Below are positions 25,271 through 39,101 of a DNA stretch of 64,000 nt, in pieces. Each line of letters opens with the position of its first letter. Positions within the stretch are counted from its first letter, which is position 1. Under the pieces are notes generated by a model, which saw only the letters and a program-made list of their open reading frames with translations, had not been told where the DNA came from and searched no databases. The stretch covers positions 6,859,909 through 6,923,908 of the forward strand of contig CM074804.1 in the NCBI GenBank assembly GCA_037447605.1, read 5' to 3'. Origin of the DNA: Zygnema circumcarinatum SAG 698-1b. Taxonomy: Eukaryota > Plantae > Zygnematophyceae. The position numbers and the translations under genes were made by a program.

Positions 25271-27288
25271 CCAATTGCTAGGCGAGCACATTGGTTTTCC
25301 ATCTTTGTGGACGGTTCCATAGCATTCTGCTTCTCACAGGAACACGCCTGTGTCCATGTGCAGAGGCGTTCCATTTATCCAACTTGCACGAGGACATGTA
25401 AATGGCGAGCCAATCCATAACAGCTCCTATTTGTTTCAGATTTTGAAGGAGCAGTTAAATTTTCCTGGAATAGTGCTGTCTGGTCGGGGCGGACTTGCTG
25501 ATATCCCCGGGGACTGGGCCACTCAGGTATGATTCATTGTTAATTTCCCCGGTTCTAGAATGAATACAGAGAAGAGTAAGTATGTCCGTGGCCCTTAGAC
25601 TAATTCTGCCGCCAACTTTTTCCTATGTGACTTGGGTGGAGTAAGCTCAGGTGAGAACAGTTGTCAACCGTGGAGTGGACATGGTGATGCCGGGGCCTGG
25701 AAAAGTGAAGAAGTTCATAAGAACACTTATGAGAGAAGTGGCTGCGGGAGGAGTGGATGAAGCTCGGATAGACGATGCTGTTCTGAGAATTTTGCGTATC
25801 AAGAAGGATATCGGACTTCTGAAGTCGCCTTGTGGAACGGATCACATGCCCATCTCTATTGTGGGTTCCGTGGAGCACCGTGAGACAGCGAGGAGGTGAG
25901 AATTATCCTTTGTTTAGCCGTGGCTGGTGAAGACATGGTTAAAGTCGCGGTGAGGGGTTCGGATGGCAACAACTAGAGTTCAAATGATGTGGTATATGAA
26001 AGATCGAGAGATCTAAAGGATAACTACTAATGGAAGCACTCCATAGGGTAAAAGACCTTGTGTGAATGTTGCAATCCACCAGATGGATAACGCTTGTCGG
26101 GTAGGCGGACATCAAAGCGGTCTCTCCTTGCGCTGCTTACATAAGCAATTTGAAAGATGTTCCATGTTGTCCTTTCCGCTACGCCTTTAAACCTTCCCTT
26201 ATTCAGAGAGCAATATCAGACAGGAGGTAGGTGCGGGAGTTATTCTGAACTGATGGATGTGACGTGCGAGGACCTCATGCGCAGTGCAGTGAGGCAGTCT
26301 CTGGTGCTCCTGAAAAATGGAGGAGGGAAAAAGGCAGCCATTCTCCCGTTGCCGTTCGATAAGGTGACAGTACTTGCAACAGGGAGTCACATCCACGATG
26401 TGGGTCTGCAGTGTGGAGGACATACCATAACCCTCCAAGGCAGCAAGGGAAGTATCACTAAAGGTGATGTCTTTAGCCCGCAACCCCCGTCACCAAGCAT
26501 TTACATTGACCTCCTGAAAAGAGTCTATCCATGCAGGTCCTTGCACTCTATCACTTGTTTTTAGTCTGTTTTCACTACAATATTTCCATTCTTTTATCAG
26601 AGCGGGTTGAGCCCAGCCTGTCAAGATTGCCACCAACTATTTGACTAATTGGATAGATGAAACGTGAACGTTGTTGGCCTTTGAGCAGTTTGATCTGCGA
26701 GATTGACACTACTCGATTTCGTGGAATTTGTGTGCTGACGAGGTGCTCAATTTCGCTCATCCTCTCCATGCAGGGACGACCATCCTTGAAGGCATTCAAG
26801 CATCTCTAGGAGGCCGTTCCAGGCTTGTATATAAAAAAGACCCAGATGATGATTTCTTTGCGGATTATGCAATCATAGCCGTCGGAGAGGAGCCTTATGC
26901 TGGAGTTGCAGGCGACAGAGGCAGCACGAAGGATGCTCTTGAACTCAGCACGAGGTCCTTGAAGCTCATCGCTGTGGTCTGCATCCGGGTCCCCTGCCTG
27001 GTCATCCTCGTGGCGGGTCGTCCCCTGGTCATTGAACCGGTCCTCCCTGTCGTCAATGCCCTCGTAGTGGCGTGGCTTCCAGGATCGGAGGGGGAGGGAA
27101 TAGCTGACGTTATTTTCCAAGGGAGGCCGCACGACTTTGTAGGATCTTTGCCGGTGCCATGGCTCAGTAGAGTAGACCAACATCCAACAGCAGATGGGAA
27201 GGAGAATAGGACGCCGCTTTTCCCTCAAGGCTTTGGGCTCACTTTGAGTGGAACTGTCATCAATCACACGGATCCTTTAAGGACGTAA
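22365..27288 (+). CDS. GH3 beta-glucosidase/exo-glucanase homolog with N-terminal transmembrane anchor; catalytic residues substituted (probable pseudoenzyme)
   Basis: Exon1 22365-22743 carries the TM segment IVGLAILLGSFLLPLFYSGLF. Later exons read LTLEEKIGQM, FGTDSLHGHARVYGATVFPQAIGLGAT, EMRATGVNW, RWGGCYESYS, GVDMVMP, RIDDAVLRILRIK, VRQSLVLLKNG, GTTILEGI, AVGEEPYAG and LVVAWLPGSEGEGIADVIF; stop at 27288. Confidence 0.9.
25197..25265. repeat. (CT)n microsatellite in a GH3 intron
   Basis: About 34 CT units. Confidence 0.97.
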
Positions 27289-27837
27289 ACGCTGTTTTCC
27301 AAAACTGTTTTGTTTAGTTTTTTTTCTTGCTTGGATGAAAGTTGGAAACACCCCTTCTTTTTTATGGTTGCCATCATGTCTGTGTCCTGCTCTCTCCCCC
27401 CCCCCTTCTTTCTTGTCAACTGTAACGAAAATTTACATGTGCGGAGTGATACGCAGAATAAAGGCGACAGAAGAGGAAAGAAACGCTTGCATATGCCCGC
27501 TTTCCCCGAGCCTTAAATTGCACAAAAAAAATAGTTAAATTTCCCTTGCTTTCTTTGAGGGACTGCAAAGGACCGGCAAACTAAAAAAAAATTAACACAA
27601 CGGCGATCTACACATGTTAATAAGCTTCTTTTAAGGACGCAATTCGTTCAAATACATAACTCGAGAGCAGTAGTGCTTCCTTCACTCAATACTACACGCA
27701 CAAACTATATACAGGTTTCAGCCCATCTCCACGTTGGGCTCACTAAGGCCTTTGGCCCTTACCCCATCCCTAACTTTAAATCCTTCAGCTTAAGAATACC
27801 CGTTTGAGAACCCCCAGCGAGAGCAGCACAGCGCCCC

Positions 27838-29551
27838 TCATGGGAAGAGGTCGACCACCCCGACCGCCACGGCCACCGCCAGAATGCCCGCGGGGGGGAG
27901 CAGCAGCAGCGCGAGGAGCCCCGCGAAGAGCGGCGTGTCGTTGCGCCGCGAGACGCGGTCGAGCATGGCCTGCCGCCGGATGTTGCGCTTCTGCGAAATG
28001 TTCAGACCGCCGCTCGCCGCCGCCTTCTCCCGGCGGCCCAGCGGGACCACCATCTCCTCGGGGGGCTCCCCCTCAAACTGCTGCTTCAGCTGCTCGCCTA
28101 TTGTTGTCGGCTCTGTTGGAGTTTCCATTCACAGCAATCACAGCAACAGGTAAATGCAGGCTCGCGAGTACACATGCACTCCATGCTCAACCCTAGCTTG
28201 GAATTCAGCCTGACAAATCTGGTAACGCGCACGCATTCATGGCCCGGGGGGGGCACTTTCCTTACACAGCTATCTTCCCTCTATTAGTTCCTGGCTCATC
28301 CAGTTTTGGACAGAGTATTTTTCGTGTTTTCCATCAAGATGGACAACCCAGGACTCTCCTGCTTGTAATTTTACGTCGGCTTCTGGCGCCAGACACTGTA
28401 AACACCGGCTGCTGTACTCGGGTCCATGTTGAAAAGTGCAAGCTTGACGACGTTTAACTGTACCCCTAGTTTAAATCAATGCATCCAAGTGAAACAGCAC
28501 TGGAAACTAAAATCGTTATGAGCACAAAAACACGATCAAACGAGGCATCGATAACCATCAAGCAGCTTGCCTTACTTTCTTCAGCGCTGAGCTTCTCCAA
28601 CAGAGAGAGGCTCGTCCGTACCGAGGGAGCCCGGCCTGCATCCACCAAAAGGGCCAATCCCTGTAAATAGGCACTTCTTCTGTTGAGCTTCTATTAGGAC
28701 TAATTTCCGCATGACCCCACTGTTCTGCCAAGCTGACTCTGCACAGTTCTTTCGGAATGGGAATATAGAAAAAAGCGCACACTTCAATGTTGATATGTGC
28801 TCCTCTCAAACTACAGTGCTCATCTAATCAATCTTTCTCTATGTACACAAAGTGCAAAAGCCGTCATAACTGATTTCTAGTAGCGACACTCTGGTCAAGT
28901 TAGACACCGTCAAAGCAAACAACCGAGGAAGGCTTCCATAAAAAGCCACGACGAAGTAAGTGTTTAACAGGCGCAAGTCCTTTGAATGAATGAATGAATC
29001 CATGAAGGTCGAATCAACTCAATTCAACGCGAGGAAGTTGACTGAATAGTCAAACTTCCCGCAGTAAAAGTCTTCACCCAGTTTCCAGTAAAGCGCGTAG
29101 CGATCCCTGATGTGCAAAGCCTCTTGCGTACGAAGAGGACCCTCAAACTTCCCCCACTCATCAATGGCACCTTCTCTCATGCGTTTGCGCCCCACTCAGT
29201 TACCTGCCAGGCATCGCACAACCCTCAATGCTTTTGCTTCTAAAGCACTACATCTCAAACCCCCAGTCACAATGCAGTCACGATGGACGAGCCCTGCTTA
29301 CTTCCGTCGCTCGACGACCCCGGTGCTCTCTCTCTCTCCGCCCGGGTCTCCCCAATCTCCTCCATATCCGCTCGCACCCTCCCCCGCCCCCTAGCTCTGC
29401 GCTGCATTCTCAGCTCGCCCCGAGAGCCCTGCAGAACGCCTCCAAACTGCACTCGACTCGGTCGCGCGCTCTCCTGCCCGCCCGCGTGGACATCAGGGAC
29501 GAACAGCGCTCTGCCGCTGCAGCATCGGCAGCGAGAGAAGGCGGCCGCCAT
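27838..29551 (-). CDS. Small plastid-targeted protein with C-terminal transmembrane helix (At1g50020-like, unknown function)
   Basis: Exon1 is Arg/Ser-rich and transit-like (MAAAFSRCRCCSG...). The last exon reads PTEPTTIGEQLKQQFEGE...LNISQKRNIRRQAMLDRVSRRND-hydrophobic-VDLFP*. Middle exons at ~29080-29200 and ~28570-28660 are approximate. Confidence 0.65.
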
Positions 29552-30372
29552 GGCGAGCGGGAGGGACACTTCCACAGACAGCTCCAGAGCTCAGCGTCCG
29601 GAGAGGGCACTAGCATCCATGGCGGCAGGGGCGGGAGCTGGCGGCCATGTAGCAGAGCGCCATTCGCGCCGGACCGCGGCCTGGAACGTGGACGAGGGGG
29701 GAGGGCCCCGGCGGCCACACGTGTCTCCAGCACGTGCGAGCGATGGCCAACATGCGACCGTACGGCGGTCAACGATCTCGTGCCACCTGGGACAGCCGTT
29801 GTCGGTGGACCAATGGGAGGGCGTCTTATTTGAGCAGAGCGGGTGAGGGACTGACACGTGTACAAATGGAGTGAGAGGTCAATGATGACGCTAGTATTCG
29901 TTCGGTCGAATGCGGGCTGGCAATTTTTTGACGTTTGGTGATGCCATGGATGATGATGGATCCGCAAACTCAGTTGGAGGTTGGAGTTGTAGGTGACGTC
30001 ATACATTTTATGGTTTTCGCACTCGTGACACGGAAACTGGTTTCGCACGGCAAATCGTACGGTCCGAGTTTTCCGGATGCGAGGAATGGCCCGCAGGGAA
30101 GCTTCCGGAAAAGCGACCGACCCGGAATATCGTACGGAGGAGATTTTCAAGGTTACGCCAAACTGCGCATGGAAGGGCAGTCAACGCGCCTCTCGCCGGC
30201 GGCGTTGACTGATGGCGGCGTCGCCCCCCCCTCTCTCCCGCTACTTTCCCCGCATCTCTCCCTACTCCCTCCTGTCTTTGAGCCTTCCTCCCATCCTCTG
30301 AATCCTTTTCATTTTTAGGGCATACGGCATCGGTTTGGGGGGGATAGCTGAGGCAGGAAGACAGGTGTCGCC

Positions 30373-32835
30373 ATGGCGGCGGGGCAGTGGAAGGAGGAGC
30401 CTCTGCCGCCCGGACCGCGCATAGTGTGCGTCCCCCTGGCAGACGCGCGGAGCCTGGAAGCCGAAGTTATGGCGGCCACTGCAGACAGCACGGATGTATT
30501 CTGCGAGCAGCGCATGCGCCTCCTGCTTTCTGGGGCTTCGCAGTCGTGGGACCACCTGTGGTACTTTCTGGACATTCTTTTGGGGAAGAGGATAAAGGAG
30601 CCTTGCAGCTGGCCAACTGCAGTCAAAGGTACGAGAAACCGATGTTGTAGAAGAATGATCAAGTTTGGCAATAGTTGACATGTGTTTATCTTGAGATAAA
30701 AATTATCGGAATGCGATTCATTTGTAGTGGAACTCCGAAGGCAGGCAACCAAATTCAGGCACAGAAAGGATACATAGTTGGTCTGTAGGGCTGCTTACCG
30801 TGCCTTATAGGTGGACAAGAGATACTAGTCCTCGCATCTCTGCCCACTGTGGGCTCAAATTCGCGGCAAAAAAACACAAAATGGACATGCGAAAGGTTGT
30901 AATTTCAGACACTGGAATTTAACAACAGTCGCCAAAAGTGGGAAAACGAGAAAATGGCCGGGCTTCAGTACTGCCCTTCGGTAGTTTGATGACTTCATTC
31001 AAGTGAATATCTTATCGTCGCTGACTGTGCACTATGTTGCTTGTCTTTCTGCTCTGACAGGCCTGCTGCTTTTGCACCAGCTTTTGCGACGTGGAAGTCG
31101 AGTAGTAGAAAATGACATTCTTCAACTGCTTGAATCGCCTGAAAATAGTCACCTGCTCGCGAACTTTCGGAGTGTCATACGCTCGTTCACGGCCGAGCTG
31201 GGCCGCATGTCTCAAGAGCAGGCAGAGCTTGCGAGAGCTTATTCGCTTTTTATTCTTGAGAGGATGAAGTGCGCAAAGGTTGTAAGCCTTGTTTCGTGGG
31301 CCCGACGACCGAAAGTAGTGAGCCCACCTGCTCAGGAGGTAGAAAGTGCAGTGAACACTGTGAGAGGGACTGATCCAGATAGCTTCAACGAAGCGTATTG
31401 GAAAACTTTAAGTTTGGAGACCATCTTGAGGCAGGTTCGCTGTTTACAGGAGTTGTTGGAGAGGTTGCTGGCGTGCCAACCTGCAATGGGGGAATGGTTG
31501 GCTACCTGCCCTGTACTAGTGAATGCGCTCGAATTTGTCCTACGCGACAGTTTTGACCTGTACAGCAGCATCAACTATGCAATGGTGGAACTGGTGGAGA
31601 GATTTGGCTCCTTGGCACGAGAGCAGGTGAGGAAAATTTATGAGCGGAAAAACGACGAGGGGAAGAGGGCTTGTGCTTATCTTGTATTGCCAAATGGAAG
31701 GGGTTGTCAGCGTTGTACCGCAAGGACACATTCCTTTCGGGTATTGTCGTTGTAGGTAATTGCTTTCCCTCTTACGTGTTTGGTGTTTGCATCAGCTCCG
31801 TCCGTTTCAACTCATGGCAACTCGCTTTATGTCATGCAGGCGTTTGAGTGCCTTGCCATTTATCGCAGAGCCGCACTTCAAGCTGAGAATCTCGCACTTC
31901 TCTACCACCGATATGGTAAATTGGGTATCGGACGGGGCATCAACTTCCCAAAAGTGGCTACCATTGGAGGGTCTTACCTGCAAAGCTTAGAAGACTACTT
32001 GGTGGAAGATCCCTCAGGCACGAAAATGGCAACTGGTAATCCATCATTAGCTCTCGTCCCAAAGGGGAGCATCATGCAGTCTGTTAGAGTCCCTGGGCAG
32101 CCACAGCCGCCGGATGCTGCCAGAGCAGCAGAGATTACAGCAGCTGCAGCCAAACAGTTTGACGAGACATGGTGTGCTCTTTTTGCAACGGATAAGTACT
32201 CGACACCTTCTAACCAACAAGCTGCGTCGCAACCACAGCAGGTGTCACTGTATGGTGCTGCTCGTACCTCAAATGAGTCAACACGATGGCCTTATCAGGG
32301 GCCCTCAGGCAGTGCTGCCGCTTTCCAGCAGAGGGCCAGTTGGGAAGGCTCCTCTCACAGCGGACAATCCTCTCAAGTACCGGGAATGGGAAATTGGGAA
32401 GTCGCCCTAGCATCTCAGCCAACGTCTACCCTTGTTCCATTGCCACAGCCTGTTCTTCCTCGCGGCTTTGATCAGCTTCTGTTGGATAGCCTCTACGAGG
32501 CAGCTCAAGCCCAAAGACGAGTGTACTCAGGCATAGCGACAGGGGCGGCTGGTGGAGTCGGAATGTTGGAAACTTCGCAGCAGCAGCAAGGGCAAGGGCC
32601 GGACCCGTTCATTGCATCGGCAAACATTGCTCCCCCTCCCTATGTGCAAATGGCCATTCGGGCCCAGCAGCAGATGGCTATGCTGCTTCAGCAGCGCATG
32701 ATGGCACAGCATTCGTTCTACTCCTCGGTGCTGAAGGGCGATGCTTCCCAGCAACCGGCAGACCCGTTTCACAATTGCCGGAATGTTGACAACATCGGGG
32801 TTCGGTACGGAAGTGTACTTGTGCCCTATTCTTAG
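30373..32835 (+). CDS. ANTH-domain clathrin assembly protein (AP180/PICALM family)
   Basis: Exons 30373-~30628 (EAEVMAAT...SWPTAVK), ~31061-31626 (GLLLLHQLLRRG, RAYSLFILER, LQELLERLLACQP, VLRDSFDLYSSIN) and ~31820-32835 (IYRRAALQAENL, GFDQLLLDSLYE, DPFIASANIAPPPYVQMA). These motifs are typical of plant PICALMs. Confidence 0.88.
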
Positions 32836-34425
32836 AATTGTTTATATGGAAGCTAATTGGCGACGTGTACATACGTAATCGTTGATCAAATTTTGAGTTA
32901 TGGCGGCATTAAATCCAGTCAAAGCACGACGTGGCAGATGTGTTAAAACCCATAATGTACCAATTTTCGGTTTCAGATCTGCCATGTGCTTTACGTATTG
33001 ATTCGTAGAGTCTCAACGGTAGGCAGACCTTGCTGAGGACTTCTTTTAAAGTAGAGGACAGTTGAGGATGGTGTAAATTGCTCATTTATTCGACCAGAAT
33101 TAGTTGTGCGCTGCTTTTGAGATGATTCAAACGGGACCACTTAAATGTCTCCCACGTCTGTTCATGGCTGGAGGATAGTTTGAAGGTCTTTAGTGACAAT
33201 TTCCACTTGAATTTCACTTTCTCGGTTGCGTATTCATGTGTACTGTCTGTCCTATGCTGCAGCACCCCGCGTCTGCCCACCAAACCACACAGATGAAGCA
33301 AATGTGCACAGATTGCCATCCACCTCTGCGTACAAACCCGCCCTCCTATTTACATGCGGATGTTTCAACATGTAAAGCGAACGCAGAAATCGCTCAACTA
33401 CCTTCAAGTCGTTCAAACTCCCAGGGAACAAATGCGTCTGTATCTTTCTGCTCGTTTGTTGTTTATAGTTTACTTTTTTAGAAAAGGAGCATCTCAACTC
33501 ACTCAAACGCCCACATTATAACCAAAATGTTAATCCTATAAAAACCTTCAGTGTCAATGGTCCCATTGTAATGGGAAAAGTCAACGTTACTTCTGGTGCA
33601 AATTCAAGGAAAGGGTCACAGTTATTGAATAGCTGAGGGTCTTCATATCGCCAAATTCCAAGTAATTGCCTCCAAATTAGACTTGGGTTGCTAGATAGTT
33701 TTGTAGACTGATTCGAACATTAGTAAATGGTAAACAGACTAGAACTAATTAAGAAATGTAAACAATCTACCCGTTGCAAAACTTTAGAACGCTTCATCAC
33801 AAAACAAGCTAAACTTTCAAGAGCTTCATATCATTTCTCTACGGCTCCAAATAATAGGATATCTTTTTTTGTGTGCTCCACTTTTTCATTAGCAGCCACC
33901 AGAAAGCCTTTCAGCAAAGCTGAACCCATCTGAGGACTAACTACAACAAAATTACAATGGAAAGGTATTGAATTCAAAATTGTATATAGTTCAGTACCTT
34001 CGTATACAGTCCGTGCACATGAAGCTCAGCACACGATTGCCATTCCTGGTTTATGACTTACTGCATTGAATGAAAATTGCGAAAACTGAACCTTTTTTGA
34101 CAGCAAGTCATGTTGCTTTAAATTCCCACGTTCAAACATTCACGGCAAGGGGCGTCTCAACAAACTTCGGCTGAGCCTCTATTTGGAGCTCAACACTTTT
34201 CACTAACAGTAATCCACGCACAATAAAACTTGGCACACAGTTCAATATTCAACACAGTGACGAGAAAGTGACGACGTGACAGTTTTCCCTCATCCTTTCA
34301 GCTTTGAGAGTTGTACATATCATGCCCCCTGCCTTGAGCACACATGCAGCATAAGCACTCTGGGCGGGCTAACACTAACCTCTCCTCCAACTTTCCTTCC
34401 ACTGCACTCCCACAAATGGCCTCAC

Positions 34426-35496
<1,071 letters not shown>

Positions 35497-36033
35497 GGCT
35501 GCCAAATTCGGCGCGAGGCCGCAAGGGGGGCTCCGAGGGGCGGAAAGGGCCCTCCATCGGGCGGAGGGGCGCAAAAGAGAGATCGCCTGCGACTCCCCGC
35601 GTCGCACGCGCCTCCTGCGACGCTGTTCATTGGCTATGCGACTTTTAAAGCCTCTGCGATGCCGAGAAGACACGTGCAAAGCGGCATCCGACGGTGGGCC
35701 AACGTCCGGTCGCAGGCCGGCTCGGAAACCCTAAAGCATTGCGCGCTCTATGCTGAGCGTTCGCCGTTCGCATTTTTACGCAGTGTGCTGCATGAATTCG
35801 CGCTCTCAAACTGTGTAACTGCTCCTCATGCAAACACAGGGCCTAATATCGACGGCTGCGATGTGTCCTTGGACAGGCAACCAATCCCAGCCGTCGATCC
35901 CTCCCCGGGCAGGCTCCCCTCGCCCCCCTCCAGCGCCGTAGAAAGGGAAGCTCCGCTCCCACGCTTGCCCTCTTTAGCCCCCGCGAGAAGCCGCCACGTG
36001 TCCTGCGAGCGCGCGCCAGCCGCCGCCGCCGCC
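35497..36033. promoter_or_regulatory. Bidirectional ribosomal-protein promoter with telo-box and site II-like motif
   Basis: 537 bp separate the divergent ATGs. AAACCCTAA lies at 35726 and TGGGCC at ~35696; further telo-boxes lie in flanking introns (34945, 36246, 36417). Confidence 0.7.
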
Positions 36034-38183
36034 ATGGTGCGCATCAGCGTGCTGAACGATGCCCTGAAGAACATGTACAATGCGGAGAAGAGGGGCAAGC
36101 GCCAGGTGCTCATCAAGCCCTCCTCCAAAGTCATCATCAAGTTCCTCAGCGTCATGCAGCGCCACGGTGAGTTTCCGCACTCCTTAGAAGCCAACTGGAC
36201 ATCCCTGGACCTGTTTGGCTTGCTGCTGTGCCATGTGTTTGTGAATTAGGGTTTGTGTACGGCAAGCTCACTGATGCAGAGGGCCCTGAACACCAGTGTA
36301 TTTACAGTTTCTCGCAACAGAGTTGTCATAGCTTCTAGTGCCATCCCTTCACGCCAGTATCGAAGGGCCCACGATGTTTTACCGAAAATTGTAGATAGGC
36401 GTAGGTTGTTAGGGTGTTAGGGTTTTGAATGTGTGTAGGGCTTCGAACGTGAGAAATTCCTTTGTTTTAAAATGGTCGTGGGTTTCTGTTTCGCTTTTAG
36501 ATGGTCGTGGGTGTCTCTGTTGCAGCTTGCACGAGTCGTCATCTACTGCTGCCTGAACCCTATCATTACAGAACCTGGGAAACACCTTGATCGTTAAGTA
36601 CTGTCAGGCTGTTGGAAGCAAGTTCATGGAGCTTTGGTTTTCAACATTAGCTCACCATGCTGATCACGTATGGGTCTCGTTTCCTTTTCTAGGGTTGCTT
36701 AAGTTTACTGGGAGGCCCTTCAATCATGCTGTAGAGTAAGATGGGTTATGAAGTTTCCATGTCGGAGGAAGGTCAGCACATGGAAAGCAGTACTGAATAA
36801 ATATCCTCTGGGTCATTTATACTGTTTTACAAAGGTTAGGTCTATCCGACAGCTTCAGCGTACTTAAAAATTGTCAGTAACGGCTGGAGGTAGGATTTGG
36901 TGGTTTCTGGAAGCCGGTTTAATTATCCACAGAGCGTATGTAGGTAGGCAGGGTGAATTGGTGGCGGATCACGGTGGAAGTATGAAAATGTTTGGAGATT
37001 ATTGTCTCCTAAATCTTGACTATTTATAAAGAGTAGTGAATTCGCGGACTGGGTATGGCCAGGAGTGATGTGCTAGTTTCAGTGGGTTTCGAATCTTTAC
37101 TATGTAATATCGTGCTATCTACATTTCGTACAGTCAATTGGTCCGGGGCAATTTTAAGTTGAGTGAAGATATCTAAGGAGTCCATTGGAGTTTAATAATT
37201 GAAGTTTTTTAAGGGGTTCGGCAGAAGTGCTTCATAAAGTTCAGCAGTCGACGAGCAGGTCTGGAATAGTCTTCCCGTTAGTGGGGCTTATTTTCCTTCT
37301 CCCCTACCTGTCGATGTGAACAACTTGTTGCATGTAATACAGAGAATACTGAGAGCTATTTTGGCATGTGGGGGGTAGCGGAGATTAAAAAAGTGAAATG
37401 CAGGTGATACTGGCCCTATGGTCCATGGTCTAGAACCTTAACTAATAGGAATGTCAAAGCCCTACTTCTTTGTTTCATGAGGGGCCACGGCGTTGCATTT
37501 ACTACAATCTATTGTGGGTCGTCCTTTGATCTAAGGGCACTTGCATCGCCTAGTGTTAGAACAGTGATGTGCGGATTGTTTCAGACTTGTGGTGTTTGGC
37601 TGTTTCGTTGATGGCTTAAATGTGTGACGTTGCACATTGGCAGGATACATTGGTGAGTTTGAACTCGTGGACGATCACCGGGCGGGCAAGATTGTGGTGG
37701 AGTTGAACGGACGGCTGAATAAGTGTGGTGTTATCAGTCCCCGGTACAATGTTGGTGTGTCGGAGCTAGAGGCATGGACTGCTCGCTTGCTTCCCTCACG
37801 TCAGGTGAGACTCCTTCCATCTCTTGCTCGCATATTTTGATACTCCCCCCTTCGTGCTCTCCTCCTTTATTCTAATGCTGAAACACCCTTCAAGTATTCA
37901 GCAGCTTTTTGTTGAAGGCAATATTTGCGGGGCTACTCGATGCGATGGAGTCAAAAACGGCCTTGAAGCTTGAGGCTCCGCATTGATTCCAAAGCAGCTA
38001 GAGTGCCACTGTTACTCGCGGCCTTCATGAATGCTAGTCCCCAGTCGATGCTAATTCTTTTTTGCCTGAATGGGGGAATTGCAGTTTGGTCACATTGTAC
38101 TCACGACATCTGGCGGCATCATGGACCACGATGAGGCCAGGCGGAAAAACATGGGAGGAAAGGTTTTGGGCTTTTTCTATTGA
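36034..38183 (+). CDS. RPS15A: 40S ribosomal protein S15a (uS8)
   Basis: [38 protein letters not shown] (from 36034); [34 protein letters not shown] (~37644-37804); [32 protein letters not shown] (stop 38181-38183). Confidence 0.97.
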
Positions 38184-38697
38184 GAAGCAGGAAGCAAGTA
38201 CAGCGTACATCCTTGGAAATGTAGTGGAATTCGTGCCTCTCAGTTGTGACTGTCCCCTTTGAAAGAAAGTGCTCTTGAACGAGGCTTTTTTTTTTGTTCC
38301 TGTTGTTCGATGGAGCTTAATGAGTCTCCTAATCCCTTATTCCTTGCAAGTTCTGTCTGTCCAATGCAGTGCTAAGCACAGCCAAATAAGAAAATCGTTG
38401 CTATCATTTGGGGTTATGGACAGCACGAGGCTGGTGTCGTTGTAAGGTGTCGTCGGCGTCGTCAATCCATTCGTGTCTCCCCGTGTCTCCCCTCCATGCT
38501 CTCTAATGTCGCAAAGCTGCATGTTATTCCACAACCTCGCCCTTCGATTTGGCAAAAGCAAGCGAATCATTACATCCCGCCCCAATATGTGACCTCAATG
38601 CTTTAAAAACGTCGATGGTGGTTGACACATTACGAGTTGCTATTCCTCCCTCTCAGATGATAATTGCCTTTCATACCACAAACTGAGGGATACGGTC

Positions 38698-38768
38698 CAT
38701 GGCCCCATTGCCTCATGGCCCCATTGCCTCATGGCCCCATTGCCTCATGGCCCCATTGCCTCATGGCC
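38698..38768. repeat. 16-bp tandem repeat, ~4.4 copies
   Basis: CATGGCCCCATTGCCT repeated, upstream of the DUF616 gene. Confidence 0.9.
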
Positions 38769-39101
38769 TCATAACCCCATCACCCCATGGCCCCATGGCG
38801 CAGCCCTTGGGCGGCTTATCAATTCCAGGCCTTGAAAGCAGCGGTCGCCCCGCCCGCCCGCCTGCCTCGCCGGCGCCACCTAACGCTGTGACGGCGCCTT
38901 GAAGACGGAGGGAGGCCGCGCGGGAGCGCCATCCAGCACAGCAGGCAGGCCGGCGGGAGGGAGGGAGGGAGGGAGAGGGGCATGGGCGGGAGGCAGGGGG
39001 CGGGCGAGGGGGCGCCGCGCCCTGCATGAGAGCGAGCGCCTCCAAGGGCAGAGCAGGCGCAGGCGCCGGCGGACCGGCGAGGCAGGGCTTGGGCTGCCGC
39101 C

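Noticed and set aside
22365-27288. GH3 as a decaying pseudogene
   Set aside because: No frameshifts or premature stops were seen in the exons, and structural motifs are conserved while changes concentrate on active-site residues.
36167-37643. Intronic snoRNAs in the long RPS15A intron
   Set aside because: No convincing box C (RTGATGA) and box D (CTGA) pair with a terminal stem was found by eye; a covariance-model search would be needed.
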